A stretch of 63,543 bases of DNA, counting the filler, from Cercozoa sp. M6MM (lineage: Eukaryota; Protista; Endomyxa: Ascetosporea): NCBI GenBank assembly GCA_040357565.1. It is 12 parts of 12 records of this genome, joined end to end, with 100 filler letters (N's around TTAATTAATTAA, not from the genome) between each part and the next. Parts side by side here need not be neighbours in the genome. Positions count along the whole stretch, not along the records: positions 23,741 to 29,250 come from JBDODJ010000895.1; positions 29,351 to 31,302 come from JBDODJ010001880.1; positions 31,403 to 38,127 come from JBDODJ010000701.1; 9 more parts are not named here. One strand, written 5' to 3'. Made by a program: the position numbers and the translations under genes. Of this stretch, positions 24,988 to 37,373 are shown piece by piece (position 1 is the first letter of the stretch; the number at the start of each line of letters is the position of its first letter). The notes beneath the pieces were generated by a model, which did no database searches, was not told where the DNA came from, and saw only the letters and a list, made by a program, of their open reading frames with translations.

Positions 24988-27606
24988 TTATCTTGCTGTT
25001 CCTGTACGCTCTCGCCCACTGACATGCCAGGGGACAGGCGCTGCACTTTCTTGGTCGACGCAGTGATAGCTTTCATGATCTCCTCGGTCGTGTGACACTA
25101 GACATGTAAAGTTGATGATAGAAACTCCACCAAAACACATTTTATAAAAGAGACATGTTTCTGATCCTAAAACCTCTTGTATTTTCTCGAGTAGTGAGGA
25201 CAGCTCTTGCGGGGTGTGCGTCTTCTTGATGTGTTCAAACTTTTCGAGGAGAAGGTTTTTGTCGAGGACTGGAAGCACACACGCACACATCAACTGGACA
25301 TTGTTCCTGTTTAACGAGGTGTACGCGCTTGAGTAGCGGCAGCGCGTCGCCTCTCTATTTATGTATTGACAGTTTACAAAGTATGAATCGTTGGAGCTCG
25401 AGCGAGCGGACGTACCAACGAGCCGGTTGCGTGCTTGTTTGAGATTTTCCGCACGCTGCTCCTCGCTATCTAGTCGACTCGCGGTAGCTTCACGCTTGAA
25501 CTCAAGCATTCTTTGACGCTTGGTGATTGCGATGCGTTTGGCAATCATATTTTGGTTTTCAATCTCGGCACGAATCGCTGCCTCCCTTTCCTGAAAAGAA
25601 TCGGCGGTTAACCGGAATACGAAGGAGCACATACTTCAGCTTTCTGGATTTCGCGCTTTCGCTCTTCAAGTTTCCTGTTCTTTTCCCTCAATGCGGCGAT
25701 GGCTTGCTCTTGTTTTAGGTTGCGCATTCGCTGCACATTGCGCCGCTTTTTGTCCGTGCTTTCTGCAAACCATCCCCAGTAAAATACTAAATCAATGAAT
25801 ACCGGGTTTACCGATCGCAGCAACCTTGGCTTTGTGCAGTTGCATTTTCTTGGCCAAGAACTCTTTAACCTGTGGATTTTATAAACGAATCACAATGCTA
25901 CTGAAGATTGGCGCCTTTGAGGGAATGTTATGGAGACAGGACAACCTTTTTCTGCTCGTGCCGTTGCTTTTCTGCAGCCTCTTGAAGTTTGGCCTCTTGC
26001 AGTCTCTTGTTTTGATGAAGCGCGCTTTGCACTCGTTTCTGTCTCTGCTGTACCTCGGCTTGACGTTTCTCAGCAGCTTCTTGTTTTCGCTTCTCCAGTT
26101 CGTGTCTATACGTATCATATCATGTGGAACCAGCCGAAACTGATGCGTTTGTTCAGTTGTAAGTTCAGTTACAACTTCCTTTGGTTTTCGCGCCGGAGTT
26201 TGGCGTCTTTTTCCCGCCTGACACAAGAAGTAAGTTACAATTAAGCGAAAAGCACGCTTCTCAATAAGAACAAAAGGGTTACAATCTGCGCTCGCTTTCA
26301 AGACGAATACGCTTCATTTTCTCATGAAACAGCTGTCTTTTCTCAAGCTGCCCCGAGATGGTGAAACCAAGTTAATTGACTGCGAAGGTGGATCCGTTTT
26401 TTTACCTTGTCTCTCAGCTCGCGCTTACGCTGAAGTTCCGCACGCTTTTGCCTTTCTCTTTCCAATTCAGCTTCTTGTTGCCGTTGTAAAAATGCTTGTC
26501 TCTGTTCTTCATTGTTTCTCCGCTCTAGCTCTTGGGCTCTACGAATTGCGGCAGCTTCTTTGTTTGCGCGAGCTTTTCGAATAGCAGCTATTCTGAACAG
26601 TAAGAGAGAGTGACGTTTCTTGCTGCAGAGACAGTGTGTCAAAGGACAAAGTACTACCGTCGTTTTTCTTCCGTTTTAAGTTCTTCTTCGTACATTTGCC
26701 GTGCCTCCATCCTGCTCCGCTGGGCTGCCTCTTTTTCAAGCGACGTAAGTTCTGCTTGAATGAGTTTTTCTAACGATTTTGTTTGAAGCTGTCTCTGACG
26801 AGCCAAACGAATTTTCTCCTCCTAAATAGATAAATTTAAATGTGTGTGTGTTGTGCTCAGTTGTCAGTTCCGAGGAGTTCGAACGAAAATAAGCCCTGAC
26901 AGACAGAGCTGGGGCAGGAAAGTTGATTGCACATGCACGATACCTTCAAAAGAGCTTCCTCTGGCATCAACTACAGCAATCGTATTTCGGAACAATTCTG
27001 CCACACAGTTACTTCAGCTCATTTGGAGTCAAGCTGTGGTTTACAGAGGTTGATGCTTCAGTTCCCGCAGAAATAGAAGCTGAGCCGGTTTCCATTTCAG
27101 TGCGCGCCTGCTTAGCCTCATGGAACATTTTCAGGCGTCGGGCTTCATGGCCATTTTCACGAACTGACGATAGTTGGTATATCAGGGACATCTCATCTTC
27201 GTCGAACGGGCCTACGCGAAGCAACATCGATCGGAGCTTGTCTTGAGACTTTGGATATGACGCCGATTGTTGCATCTTTCTGAGCTTCGATTCTCGGCTT
27301 GGCGACTTGGCACGCGTGGCAGCGACGTCAAATACATAAAATGCCGGGTCATGCCTATTTACCACCAAGGTTTCGCGAACAGAATGGGGAGCAAAGCGGG
27401 AACGGTGAAGAAACAAACCCACTTGACCAGGTCTTTTGCACGGATTCCGAGCGAACGACATGCGTCTTTGGATTTTGGTGTCAATTGTTTCACTTTTCCG
27501 ATTTGGTCTGCAAATTGAGAGGAGCATGTCAACGAAAGACACCAAAGGAAATCAACTTACCCAACTCATCGGGCCGAACTTCGGTGAGAGACCGGCCTCC
27601 AGACAT
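24988..27606 (-). CDS. Long coiled-coil protein, CCDC177/CCDC185 (DUF4659)-like
   Basis: MSGGRSLTEVRPDEL|DQIGKVKQLTPKSKDACRSLGIRAKDLVK resembles the LTSPRSLEACxRxGIxPxEL N-terminal motif, followed by many E/K/R/Q-rich coiled-coil exons. Confidence 0.55.
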
Positions 27607-28008
27607 TTTATCGACCTCTAGTACCCTAGAACGTAACTTGCGCCTGACTACTGTAAGGAAACTGCGTGCCTTCCCCTGTGAACAGAGCACCTACACCTGC
27701 ATTTGACTCGGCTGTTTCCGGGCGGACGATCGACCCTTGGCGCGACTTGACAGTTGACACTGACTACAAATTGTACCAGTTCCTCACTCGTAATAATTCC
27801 GTCTGTGGTGCGCCGTGACCCTCTTAAGATATCGAAGTATCCAAAGTCAAAGCGAACTGCCGTTTATCAGTGCCGGTTACAACGACTGATGATAGCGCAT
27901 CTTAGTTATAAATCCGATCGTACGGCACGATACAGCGAGTCATCGAACTAGCCAACCACTCTACAGTCTACAGTACTCCCTCGACTACGCTATTGCTGCC
28001 GGTGAGTG

Positions 28009-29225
28009 TTACATTTCGTTTAAGTTTCCAGTCACCCTGTAGACAGGCAGACAAGTCACCGGCGAGGAGACAGCGGATACAAAGAGAAGAGACTCAAGAA
28101 AGTGTACCGAGCGACAGGAGGGGGAGGAGGCGGAGGCACAAGCCGACCAACAACCTTGTCGCTGTCGCTGTCCGAGTCGTCGAACGCGACCTGAGCGACC
28201 GGTTTGGCACGCGGCGGTGGCGGTGCTGGCTTGCGACGCTGCATGGGCGCTGGCGGCGCCTTCGGCAGCGCCTTGGGCCTAGAGGAAAGGGGTAAAGGGT
28301 GAGGGTAGGAAGTGGGCTAGGGGGAGAGGGTAAAACGAGATAGTACTTGTAGTGCACCGACTGTCGCTCGGCAGGCGTCAGTGGTTTCGGCGACGCCGGT
28401 GCCAGAGGCCAGCGAAGAATTATCCTGTACACAGCTCATTTTACCCCTACCCCCTACCGCAACCCTTACTCCACCCCTACCCCCACCCCTACTCCTACCC
28501 GAGAAGCCTACAGTTTGACAAAGCCGGGCAGACTGCGCATGGCCTGCATCAGCGCCATCGAGTCGGCGGCCGAGGCAGTCGACACGGCCACAGTGGCACT
28601 GCGACCACGAGTCGAGGCAGAGGCACCCTGTGCGGCGACCTCCCAGGCAGGCGACACCACAGCCTCGTCGCCTGGCATCGGCGTGCTGTACACCAGCGTC
28701 GGCGAGAACACACGTGCCAGGTTGTCCAGGCCCATGCGTGTCGCCTCCTTTACCTCCGGCCGCCTGCTCGGGGAAGGGTTAAGGGGGAGGGTAAGGGAAG
28801 GAGTTAAGAGGGAGGGGGTTAAGGGGAGGGTGTCAGGGAGAGGTCAAGGGGGAGGATAAGGGGGTAGAGATACAGCATGTAGCGCAGGTGTGCCACGACG
28901 GCATCGAAACACGCGCGGTGCACCGCGTTCATCTTGCCGCAGATCTCGCCCGCCAGCTGTCTCGGAGGGGGGGGGTAAAGTAGGGGGTATGATGGGCGCC
29001 GCCCCCCGCGCGAACCTCATCAAAGGCAACGCAGCAGGGCTCGCGACTCATGGCGCCAAAATCGTCGACGTCGCAGTCATCGAGATTGCGCGAGCAACTC
29101 GATGCCATGCCTCCCACCTAGGGATAAGAGGGGTAAAGAGGATGGGGGGAGGGCAAACATGCCAATACCTGCAGCGCACGTCTATAGAACTCCCGCGGCA
29201 CCAATGCGTCCGGCAGCGACCTCTG
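28009..29225 (-). CDS. RhoGAP domain protein, 3' part with Pro-rich tail
   Basis: RSLPDALVPREFY and TRMGLDNLARVFSPTL match the RhoGAP motifs LRELPEPL and NKMxxxNLAxVFGPTL; PPPP tracts follow downstream. Confidence 0.8.
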
Positions 29226-29250
29226 GAGGGAGTAAGGGTAAGGGAGTCAC

Positions 29251-29350
29251 NNNNNNNNNNNNNNNNNNNNNNNNNNNNNNNNNNNNNNNNNNNNTTAATT
29301 AATTAANNNNNNNNNNNNNNNNNNNNNNNNNNNNNNNNNNNNNNNNNNNN
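29251..29350. other. Artificial scaffold spacer
   Basis: 44N-TTAATTAATTAA-44N. Confidence 0.99.
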
Positions 29351-29402
<52 letters not shown>

Positions 29403-29405
29403 TAC

Positions 29406-30513
29406 CTGGAACATCGCGTCCAGCTGGAGTGTGTGCTGTTTTACTCGCGCGTCAAAGAGCTTCGCGACACCTGCACAGGGTACATGTGTGTATGAGAGAC
29501 AAAGCAGGTACGAGGTGTCAACTGGCATACCGTCGTTTCCGCCCGTGACGAGGAGTGGCCGCCGTGGCGGTGCAGCAACTGTGTTGACGATGGCCATGTG
29601 GCCTGCGCATCCCACACAACACATCGGCACACCTCCGTATCGGTCGGGGGGGGGGGGTACCCTTGAACTGACGCACACGCGCACCGGACTCAAGGTCCCA
29701 TGCAGCTGCTGTCTGTGCAGAAACGTACATGTACACACGCCTACATAAATACGCAAGCACAGAACGTGGAGTGTACCTTGTCACTGGAGGCGGTGAACAT
29801 GCAGGGACCTGTGCAGTGCATATACACATGTGCAGGCGGAGCGTTGGTTGAGAATCAGGTAGCAATACGCTGCTCGCCATCGACACCGAAACACAGGTCC
29901 AAAACGGCGCCCTGTCGGTTGAAATGGTTGCTTGGACAAAAGGACACTCTCAGACAGAAGTACAACCAGACAATCTACCTTGTGTCCAGTCAGCACGGCA
30001 TAGTTCTCGCAATCGCCACTCGTACGGTACCTGCAGCACACGAGCGTACAGCACAAGCATCATCGCACAAGGTGATTGCAAGAAAGGTACAAGTTGATGC
30101 GACGATCAAAACCGGCCGAAGCCAGCACGCGTCCGTCGCTAGTGTATCTGTTCAGTAAACAATCACAATTGTCACCATGCCTGGTGAGAGTAGGGAAGCC
30201 GGCGAGTCTACCGAAGCGAGCTGATGACGTCCTTGTGAGCGCCTTCAATTCGCAGCGTGGCCGAAGCGAGACTCGAATGTCTCGCAGTCTGTCAGGAACA
30301 CACCACGAATTATCTCATCATTGCACAACAAAAGACATGGAGCCAAGCACAACTGCAGACAAGCCCAAGCGACACCAACAAAATCACAGAAAGCAAATGC
30401 CACAGAGGCCACAAACAATATAAGGGCCACTGAGCACACGCGTACACGAGACTCACGGCATCGTCGGCCGCCACAAGAGCCTGAGATTTCGCTTGAGAGA
30501 CGACTAGCGACAT
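29406..30513 (-). CDS. SNRNP40: U5 snRNP 40 kDa WD40 protein, 5' part
   Basis: HSSLASATLRIEGAHKD, DGRVLASAGFDRRI, GDCENYAVLTGHK|GAVLDL, FTASSDK|TAAAWDLESGARVRQFKG and PLLVTGGNDG are collinear with SNRNP40/WDR57. Confidence 0.88.
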
Positions 30514-30829
30514 GTCCAAAGGCCCGGGTGGTTGCTGTATCAACGCTCACACTCCTGCTGCCCCTAGTTGGGTCCCGTCAGAGCGACTACTGTCGCGCCG
30601 GCGCACACTTAACCAGCGTGAGATTTTCTGATTTTCGTGTGCTTTCCAAGCCATAATAAAGCCCACTTGATTGGCTCTACTTTGAATTAAAGGTGCTTTG
30701 AGCGACTAAGTAAGCTGTGCACATTTCTGTTTCAGTGGAACGTTATTTTTGTGATTGTCATTTTATCGCTCTTTTACGTTGCCCTTAATCCTTTGCCCCC
30801 TTTATCACTGCCTCCTTTTACAATTTTAG

Positions 30830-31201
30830 ATGGCGGCGCTGTTGTCGCTGCTCGATGCAGTCGTTCCGTTGTGGCAGGCCTCCTCAAATCATTCGGAAGC
30901 ATTGGACATAGCGAAGGCACAGCATGGTACCTGCCGGCGCTCTCGTAGGATGCTACAGTATACATGTGGTTGGTGCAGCTGAATCGATTGAACAAGCACA
31001 GCAACATCACGATCGCAGCATTCGTATCTTTGGTTCCTTCCGTAAATGCATTTATTGAAGGTATGACGTACAGGTGTCGAAAGAGAGTTGGCGCGACGTG
31101 AGCAGCTGCGTGATCTGTGGGCGCAAAAAAACCACAAGGCTCAGACACTCATGATCGTGGATACGTTGATGTTTTCGAGTGGTTTTGCCTTGATTGTTGA
31201 G
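30830..31201 (+). CDS. Membrane protein, 5' part: coiled coil leading into the first TM helix; possibly Orai-like
   Basis: MAALLSLLDAVVPLWQ...AESIEQAQQHHDRSIR|VERELARREQLRDLWAQKNHKAQTLMIVDTLMFSSGFALIVEG. Confidence 0.6.
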
Positions 31202-31224
31202 GTACATTTTTTCCTTGGCTTTGT

Positions 31225-31302
<78 letters not shown>

Positions 31303-31402
31303 NNNNNNNNNNNNNNNNNNNNNNNNNNNNNNNNNNNNNNNNNNNNTTAATTAATTAANNNNNNNNNNNNNNNNNNNNNNNNNNNNNNNNNNNNNNNNNN
31401 NN
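31303..31402. other. Artificial scaffold spacer
   Basis: 44N-TTAATTAATTAA-44N. Confidence 0.99.
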
Positions 31403-31572
<170 letters not shown>

Positions 31573-31613
31573 AAAGTGATGTTAATGACGACATTGTTAG
31601 GAGTTAAACGTAC

Positions 31614-32308
31614 AGAAATCTCCACCACTCGCCATTGAGCATTTTCTCCTGCAGACAAGGTCAAGGCAGTGGTAAAATGGGGGGGGGGGGGAATAAAGTA
31701 AGTACAGTATTCTTGGCGCCTAGTGAATCCAGAGTTTGAGGCGACGGACCGAGCAGAGGATTTTCTGATATTGGCTACATACACACATACACACATGCAC
31801 GCAGTTAGGACTAACAAAACACTAACAAAACAGGAGACAGGGGGAGGGGGGGGAACAACATACCTCGAACTGCCAGCCATTGTAGCCGATAGAAACAACG
31901 AACATCACTGTGTTGGCCAACACGATTAACCAACAGAACACTGGCCTCTGCCCGAAGAAACACACCACACAATACAGTGCAATGATAACGAAGTGGCTAC
32001 ACACACCTTGGTAAACATCGCTATCGGCGAGGCCTGCAGGTCGGAATCGTCATCGCTGGAGGTGTCACTGTCGTCATACAGACCTGCAGGAACACAAAAA
32101 CACAAAGACACATCAAAAATCACCAAAACAAGCAGCAGGCTACCGCGCCGATCGCGCATTCTGACTGACGGGTTCTGGGTTGGCAATGTGCCACGTGCTC
32201 ACCCTAACACGATTTTCCTGAGTGTATAGAGTTACTAAAGTATCCTACACAGTGTGCACACAGGTGTGCATCGTATGACAACTCTGCAGAGCAGAACGTG
32301 GTGGTCAT
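31614..32308 (-). CDS. Rhomboid-family intramembrane protease, 5' part (start uncertain)
   Basis: RPVFCWLIVLANTVMFVVSIGYNGWQFE|PISENPLLGPSPQTLDSLGAKNT|EKMLNGEWWRFL contains the NPxLGPS...LGAK...GEWWR rhomboid loop-1 signature. Confidence 0.85.
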
Positions 32309-32475
32309 CAGAACGCGGCCTTAAAAAACAACCGGCGGCAGATTCCGGCACTTAGTGCCTGCCAGAACGTGCGAGCGAGTGTACAGACACATCGTTTGAG
32401 TGAGTGGTGTGCCTTATAAGCAAGCCCAGGGCAGGGCGGGCAACGGCGGAATTAGGTACCTGTGTGCACGTGCAC

Positions 32476-35031
32476 ATGGAGGCCGGCAGCGACTCCACGC
32501 TCACGCGACTCGACGAGCTGCTGGCGACGGCGCAGCAGAACCAGCGTCAGTTGGCGCAGCTGCGTCGCCAGGTGTCGCAGTGGTCGCCGCCGCCGTCGCT
32601 CGGCAGTCGTAGTCAGTCGCGCGCGTCGTCTCGTCACAGTATCAGTCACAGTGTCGGTCACGGTGCCAGTCACAGTGCCAGTCACGGTGCCAGTCAGTCA
32701 CAGTCACGCGTGGGCACTGGTCGCGCACGTGCTTCCGATCAGCACGTGCACCCAAGTGCCAACCCGTCCAGTCACGTGCGACACCGTCATGACGGTTCCA
32801 CCACTGACGGTTTCAGAGACGGTTCCACTGACGGTTTCAGAGACGGTTCCACTGACGGTTCCAGTCACCGTGACGGTTTAGTCGTCGATCGCGACGGTTC
32901 AAGTGACGGTTTCCACTCGATCAGCGCGATCACTGAGCAGAGACGCAGTGAGACACCGTCCTCCTTCCTGCAGGCGCCTGTGGAAACCGTGCGACCTGTC
33001 GAAACCGTCCAGTCGGGCGAAACCGTCCCTGTGCCGATCTCGGTTCCTCTCATCGACGAGGAGATTCTGTAGCCTTCGTTTGATCCCCCTCCCCCCGGCT
33101 TGACCCTTACCCCACGTGATTAGAGACACGCAGGCGTACCGATACTTTGATTCGGCGCTTTGCGAGAAACTGCAGGCGAAACTGCGCGAATTCAAGGTGC
33201 GTCGTCGCTTTCGAGTTGAGTTTTGATTTGTCTGTCATAACTTTGGAATGCCTATGGCAACAGGTATTTGCCGAGCGACTCGAGAAGAACCGCGATGCGC
33301 CGGTTGTTGTGCGGCGTAGGTACTCTTTTCTTGCTTTGTCAATCTGCGATGTTTCACAACTTTCGCTTCGTTAGCGATAGCGCTGAGTTGAGTCTGCTTC
33401 GAAAGCAACTCAAGCAAGCACACGAAAGTATCGAAAAATATCGCTCCGACCTCAACGCCACCGACAAGCAGTGCCGCAGATTACGTACTTTGAGTTCGCT
33501 TTGAGTTCGCTTTGAGTTGAGTTGAGTTGAGTTGCTTTGTTTTGAGTTGAGTTGAGTTGCTTTGAGTTGAGTTGAGTTGAGTTGCTTTGCTTTGAGTTGA
33601 GTTGAGTTGCTTTGCTTTGAGTTGAGTCGAGTTGAGTTTAGTTGAAATGTGCTGCAGGAGCACTCGCGACGGCGGCACAGCGAGAGAAAGCCGAAGCCGA
33701 AGGCACGCTGGAAGCTTTGCACACGAAGCACGCGTCAGAGCTTGCTGCTACCGAGCGCGCCAGGCAACGCGCAGAACACGAGAATGCAAGATTACGCGTA
33801 TTTCGCTTTTGCTTTCGACAGTTTCGAGCAAAGCTTTGCCATATTTCGCAATCTTTTCATTTTCCGAAGCTTTGATATTTTTTTTTTTTGGAAATCTTTT
33901 GGTAGTTTTTTGAACAGCTTTGATAATTTTTGAATAGCTTTGATAATTTTTTGAAAAGCTTCGAAAATTGTCGAAAAGCTTCGAAATTGTTTTGCGATAT
34001 GAATTTTGCGGAGCAGCGAGAACTCGAGGAAGAGCGCGAAGCGAGGAAAGAGTTGCAGCGCGACGTCGAACAATCACAGCGAGAAGTCTCCGAGTCGCGC
34101 GCGTCGCTGCTGCCGCTGCAGAAGCGCTGCTCGAAACTCGAGTCGCAGCTTCGCTCAGCACTTGCGCGATTGGTGCTTTTTAGCTTCACAGCTTTACTTC
34201 GAATGTGACTGCTTTGTGTTTTATCTTGCTCAGAAAGAGGCCGAAGAAGATGCGCGAAGTCAAATGTCGTTCTTTGAGACTCATGTAGTTTTTGCTTCTT
34301 CGAGCTTTTGATGTAAAATAGCTTTCGCGAAACAAGCAGGACTATGAGCGACTCTCGAAACAACACGAAAACTTGGTTTCGCAACTCCAAAAGCTGCGAC
34401 ACCGCGTCGAAATTCGTCGCGAAGAAGTGAAGCTTCTGCGAAATGAAAACGATGAGCTTCGTCGCAATGCGGCCGACTCGTTGCGACACATGCGTGACGC
34501 GCAGCAACTGTGCGTTTTCGCTTAATTTCATGAAAGCTTTGAGTTATTTCGAAATTTTCGCGAAAGTTTCGAGTGATTTCGAAATCTTCGCGAAATCTTT
34601 GAGTTATTTCGAAATTTTCGCGATAGCTTTGAAGTTATTTCGAAATTTCTTGTAGAATCGAGGCGCAAAAGCAGCGAATTGAAAAGCTCGAGTCTCAGCG
34701 AGCCAGCGCAGTTCTGAGCGACGGCGGAGAGCACTCGGTCGACATTGGCTACGGCAGCGACTCGCTGCTACCACGCGGCGATGACGGCAGCGAAGACGCG
34801 TTCGCGGCAAAGCTTCGCAGTATCGACGCGAATCTCGCGAAACTCGAGCAGCGGCATCGCAAGCATCTGCAGGTGCTGAGACGTGCTTCGACACCGGCGT
34901 CCATGTCGTCGCAGACGTCGCATCAGTCGACGCGAACTGCGACGTCGCGATCGCAGTCGCGCGTGGCCGCGCCACTCGACTCACTTCTCGCTGTCACCGA
35001 TCAGGAATCTCACGATTCCGCTTCGAGTTAG
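32476..35031 (+). CDS. Coiled-coil protein with Ser/His/Asp low-complexity N-terminal repeats; unknown function
   Basis: MEAGSDSTLTRLDELLATAQQNQRQL..., SHGA and DGSTDGFR repeats, multiple heptad exons, last exon ...DQESHDSASS* (TAG 35029-35031). Confidence 0.7.
33490..33645. repeat. Intronic (GTTGA)n/(CTTTG)n pentamer satellite
   Basis: Directly visible; the reverse-complement version (CAACT/CAAAG) fills the TRM3 intron at 52497-52632. Confidence 0.92.
34537..34650. repeat. Intronic minisatellite, unit of about 30 bp (TTTGAGTTATTTCGAAATTTTCGCGAAAGC-like), about 4 copies
   Basis: Directly visible tandem copies. Confidence 0.85.
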
Positions 35032-35295
35032 TCTCAATCACTGTTACAGACTGACTCAGATTATGCAGTCTCCGCGCGGGGATGAGCCGAGACAGACCAG
35101 TTGGTCCTATCATTGAAGTAAAAAAGAAGTTAAGCGCTTGTGGCTCTGCGGTACTACTGCCTATAGAGCTGTGACTGGACTTGTCTGAAAGCCTGTCCTG
35201 TAGATTGAGCCTGCCAGTTGGCAAAGAGAAACCCTTTTCACTGACAACCGTCAGTAAAACAATATTTTCATTTCTAATTCGATTAACCGATTAAA

Positions 35296-36836
35296 TTAAA
35301 AGAGCGACCGGCGAGACAGTGAAGCACTCGGCAAAGCCAAAAGCGACATGTTGCCAAAGTGGCGCACTCGACGCGTCTTGCGTCGCCGTTCGGCAGCTGG
35401 AGCGATGCCAGAGACATTGAGACGCGACACTGGCGGTGGTCTGCTCAAGTCAATGCAGCGTCAAGTGTTAAAATATTAAAACAAAGCTGCGCACTTTTCG
35501 AAATGCGTCAACAGCTTTACACTTCAAAATGAAAGCTTTACACTTCCAAAATGAAAAGCTTTGCAGCTTTGCACTTTCAAAATGAAAGCTTTACACTTTT
35601 AACGAAAGCTCGGAAAGCTGTGCACTTTCGGGATGAAAGCAAAGAGTACGAAAGCTCAGGAGTCGCGCCGAGAAGTGACTGATTCGCGTTGGAGCGACGC
35701 GTCGGGCGCCGTCGCGCGCCGAAGAAGCGACTGCTCTGCAGAGCACTGAGCGACGTGTCCATCGACTCGTTGAGTCGTCGGTTCGTCGACTCGCGCGCCG
35801 GCGGCGGCACAAACGACACGAGCGACATGTCCAGCAGTCGCGACGCGGCGTGCTCATCGAGTGCCGGTGGCTGCAGGAAGCTTCGCGACAGTTTCGCTTT
35901 TCTTCGAGGCACTACCGCTTCGCTTCGCTTTTCTTTCACTTCATCTCGCTTCGGTTTCGTTTCGAGTTTCGCTTCGTATTTCGCTTCGTGTTTTGCTTTC
36001 GTCGGTGTGTTTGAGTGAGCGGCGGGAGTGTCGATTTCGTCGATCGTGTCGGGCACACGGAGTTGCAGTGAAGCGCGACGTTGCTGCAGCATCTTCGAGG
36101 CCGTAGCGGCGCGCTTTCGGCGTCGCGGCGCAACGGGCGAGACCAGAGCAGCTTCGCGTCGCGAGCGCTGCTGACCGACGGCAACGGCGGCGAGAGATCG
36201 CTCGCGCTCGAGTTTCGCGTCGCTCTCGCACGATGAGATTGAAGCGGAAGCGTCGCTCGCGAAGAGCGTCGTGTCGCCAAAGCCGATGCCGTCGCGCCGA
36301 CTCAGGCCGAGCACATCGCCGAGCTCGTCGTCCAGCATGCTGTCGCTCACGGTGCGAGTGCTGTTGCTTCGATCGAGAGCGCTTTGATTGAGTCGCGACG
36401 ACATGAAGAAACTCGAGTCGAGCGCCAGGAAGGACGGGTCCTGCGCGTCCGTATCGTCCTCGAGGAGCGACTCGGCGTGCTGCAACTCGAGCACGCCGCG
36501 CCGCCGCTCGCGCTGCGCAAAGCTTTCGACCGGTGCTCTCTGTCGCCGCAATTCGCCGAATTTCGGCACTGGTGGTCGTTTCATCACATTGCTCAGCGAG
36601 TCGCGATGAGACGCGCCCAAAGCTTTCGCCGAAGCTTTCGCCGAAGCTTTCACCAAAGCTGTCGCTGAAGAGAGCAAGCGACGCTTTTTCGATGTCGGCG
36701 AGATTCCTCGTGAAACTTCGTTTTCTTTGTTTTCGCTCGGTTCGGCACGCTTTCGCTGGTTCACCGCGCGCACTGCCAGCACGTTCAGCGGCCGCTCTGA
36801 CAGAACTCCTCGCAAGCCCTTCGCTTCCGCTGGCAT
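35296..36836 (-). CDS. Disordered protein with KEN box and D-box-like motif, candidate APC/C substrate; 2 exons
   Basis: MPAEAKGLRGVLSERPLN...PSENKENE...SPTSKKRR; a long open exon, one repeat-filled intron, last exon ...LSRRSLF*. Confidence 0.7.
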
Positions 36837-36951
36837 CGCGTTCTGCCGCTCCGATGGCACGTCACGCCGTATTCTGACACCTACGACACACCCAAAACAG
36901 TGAAAAGACACCACCAGTGGAAAGAACACAGCCCAGCAGAACTTGTCCGAG

Positions 36952-37115
36952 ATTGGCACAAAAACGATCCCAATCAAATCCGGTCAAAAAGTGCACCAAA
37001 ACTGACGTGATTGGCAACGCACCATGGTTGCCGTTAGTGGCCATGGGGCTGCACAAGCCAGTTTGACGTCTGATCAAGCTCAAGCTGGGCTTAGCACAAC
37101 GCGAATCGTGATTGG
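36952..37115. promoter_or_regulatory. Divergent promoter with four CCAAT/ATTGG boxes and two TGACGT elements
   Basis: ATTGG at 36952, CCAAT at 36970, ATTGG at 37010 and 37111; TGACGT near 37003 and 37064; lies between head-to-head genes. Confidence 0.5.
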
Positions 37116-37373
37116 TCAGGCGCGGCAAAAATCCTGGGCTCGAGCTGGAGCCAGTTTCTTGGTGGCTACACGCAGGAAAGCGCGTTGAGCGACGCTCGCA
37201 CCAGCACTGCATGTGGTTACGCCGTGTTGGCTTTCGCTCCGTGTGCCGTACTCTAGCTGGCAGTCCCCGTGCGACGTTTGCTTGTTTTTCCCTGAACGCG
37301 ACCCAGGTGGGTCAAATTGCCAAACTGTGTGCGAATTGTGTCGTGACCTATCACCGTGCGCCATCTGTTTCAG

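Noticed and set aside
34537-34650. CRISPR-like array in the 21-30-bp tandem repeats
   Set aside because: No unique spacers and no cas genes; the repeats lie inside spliceosomal introns.
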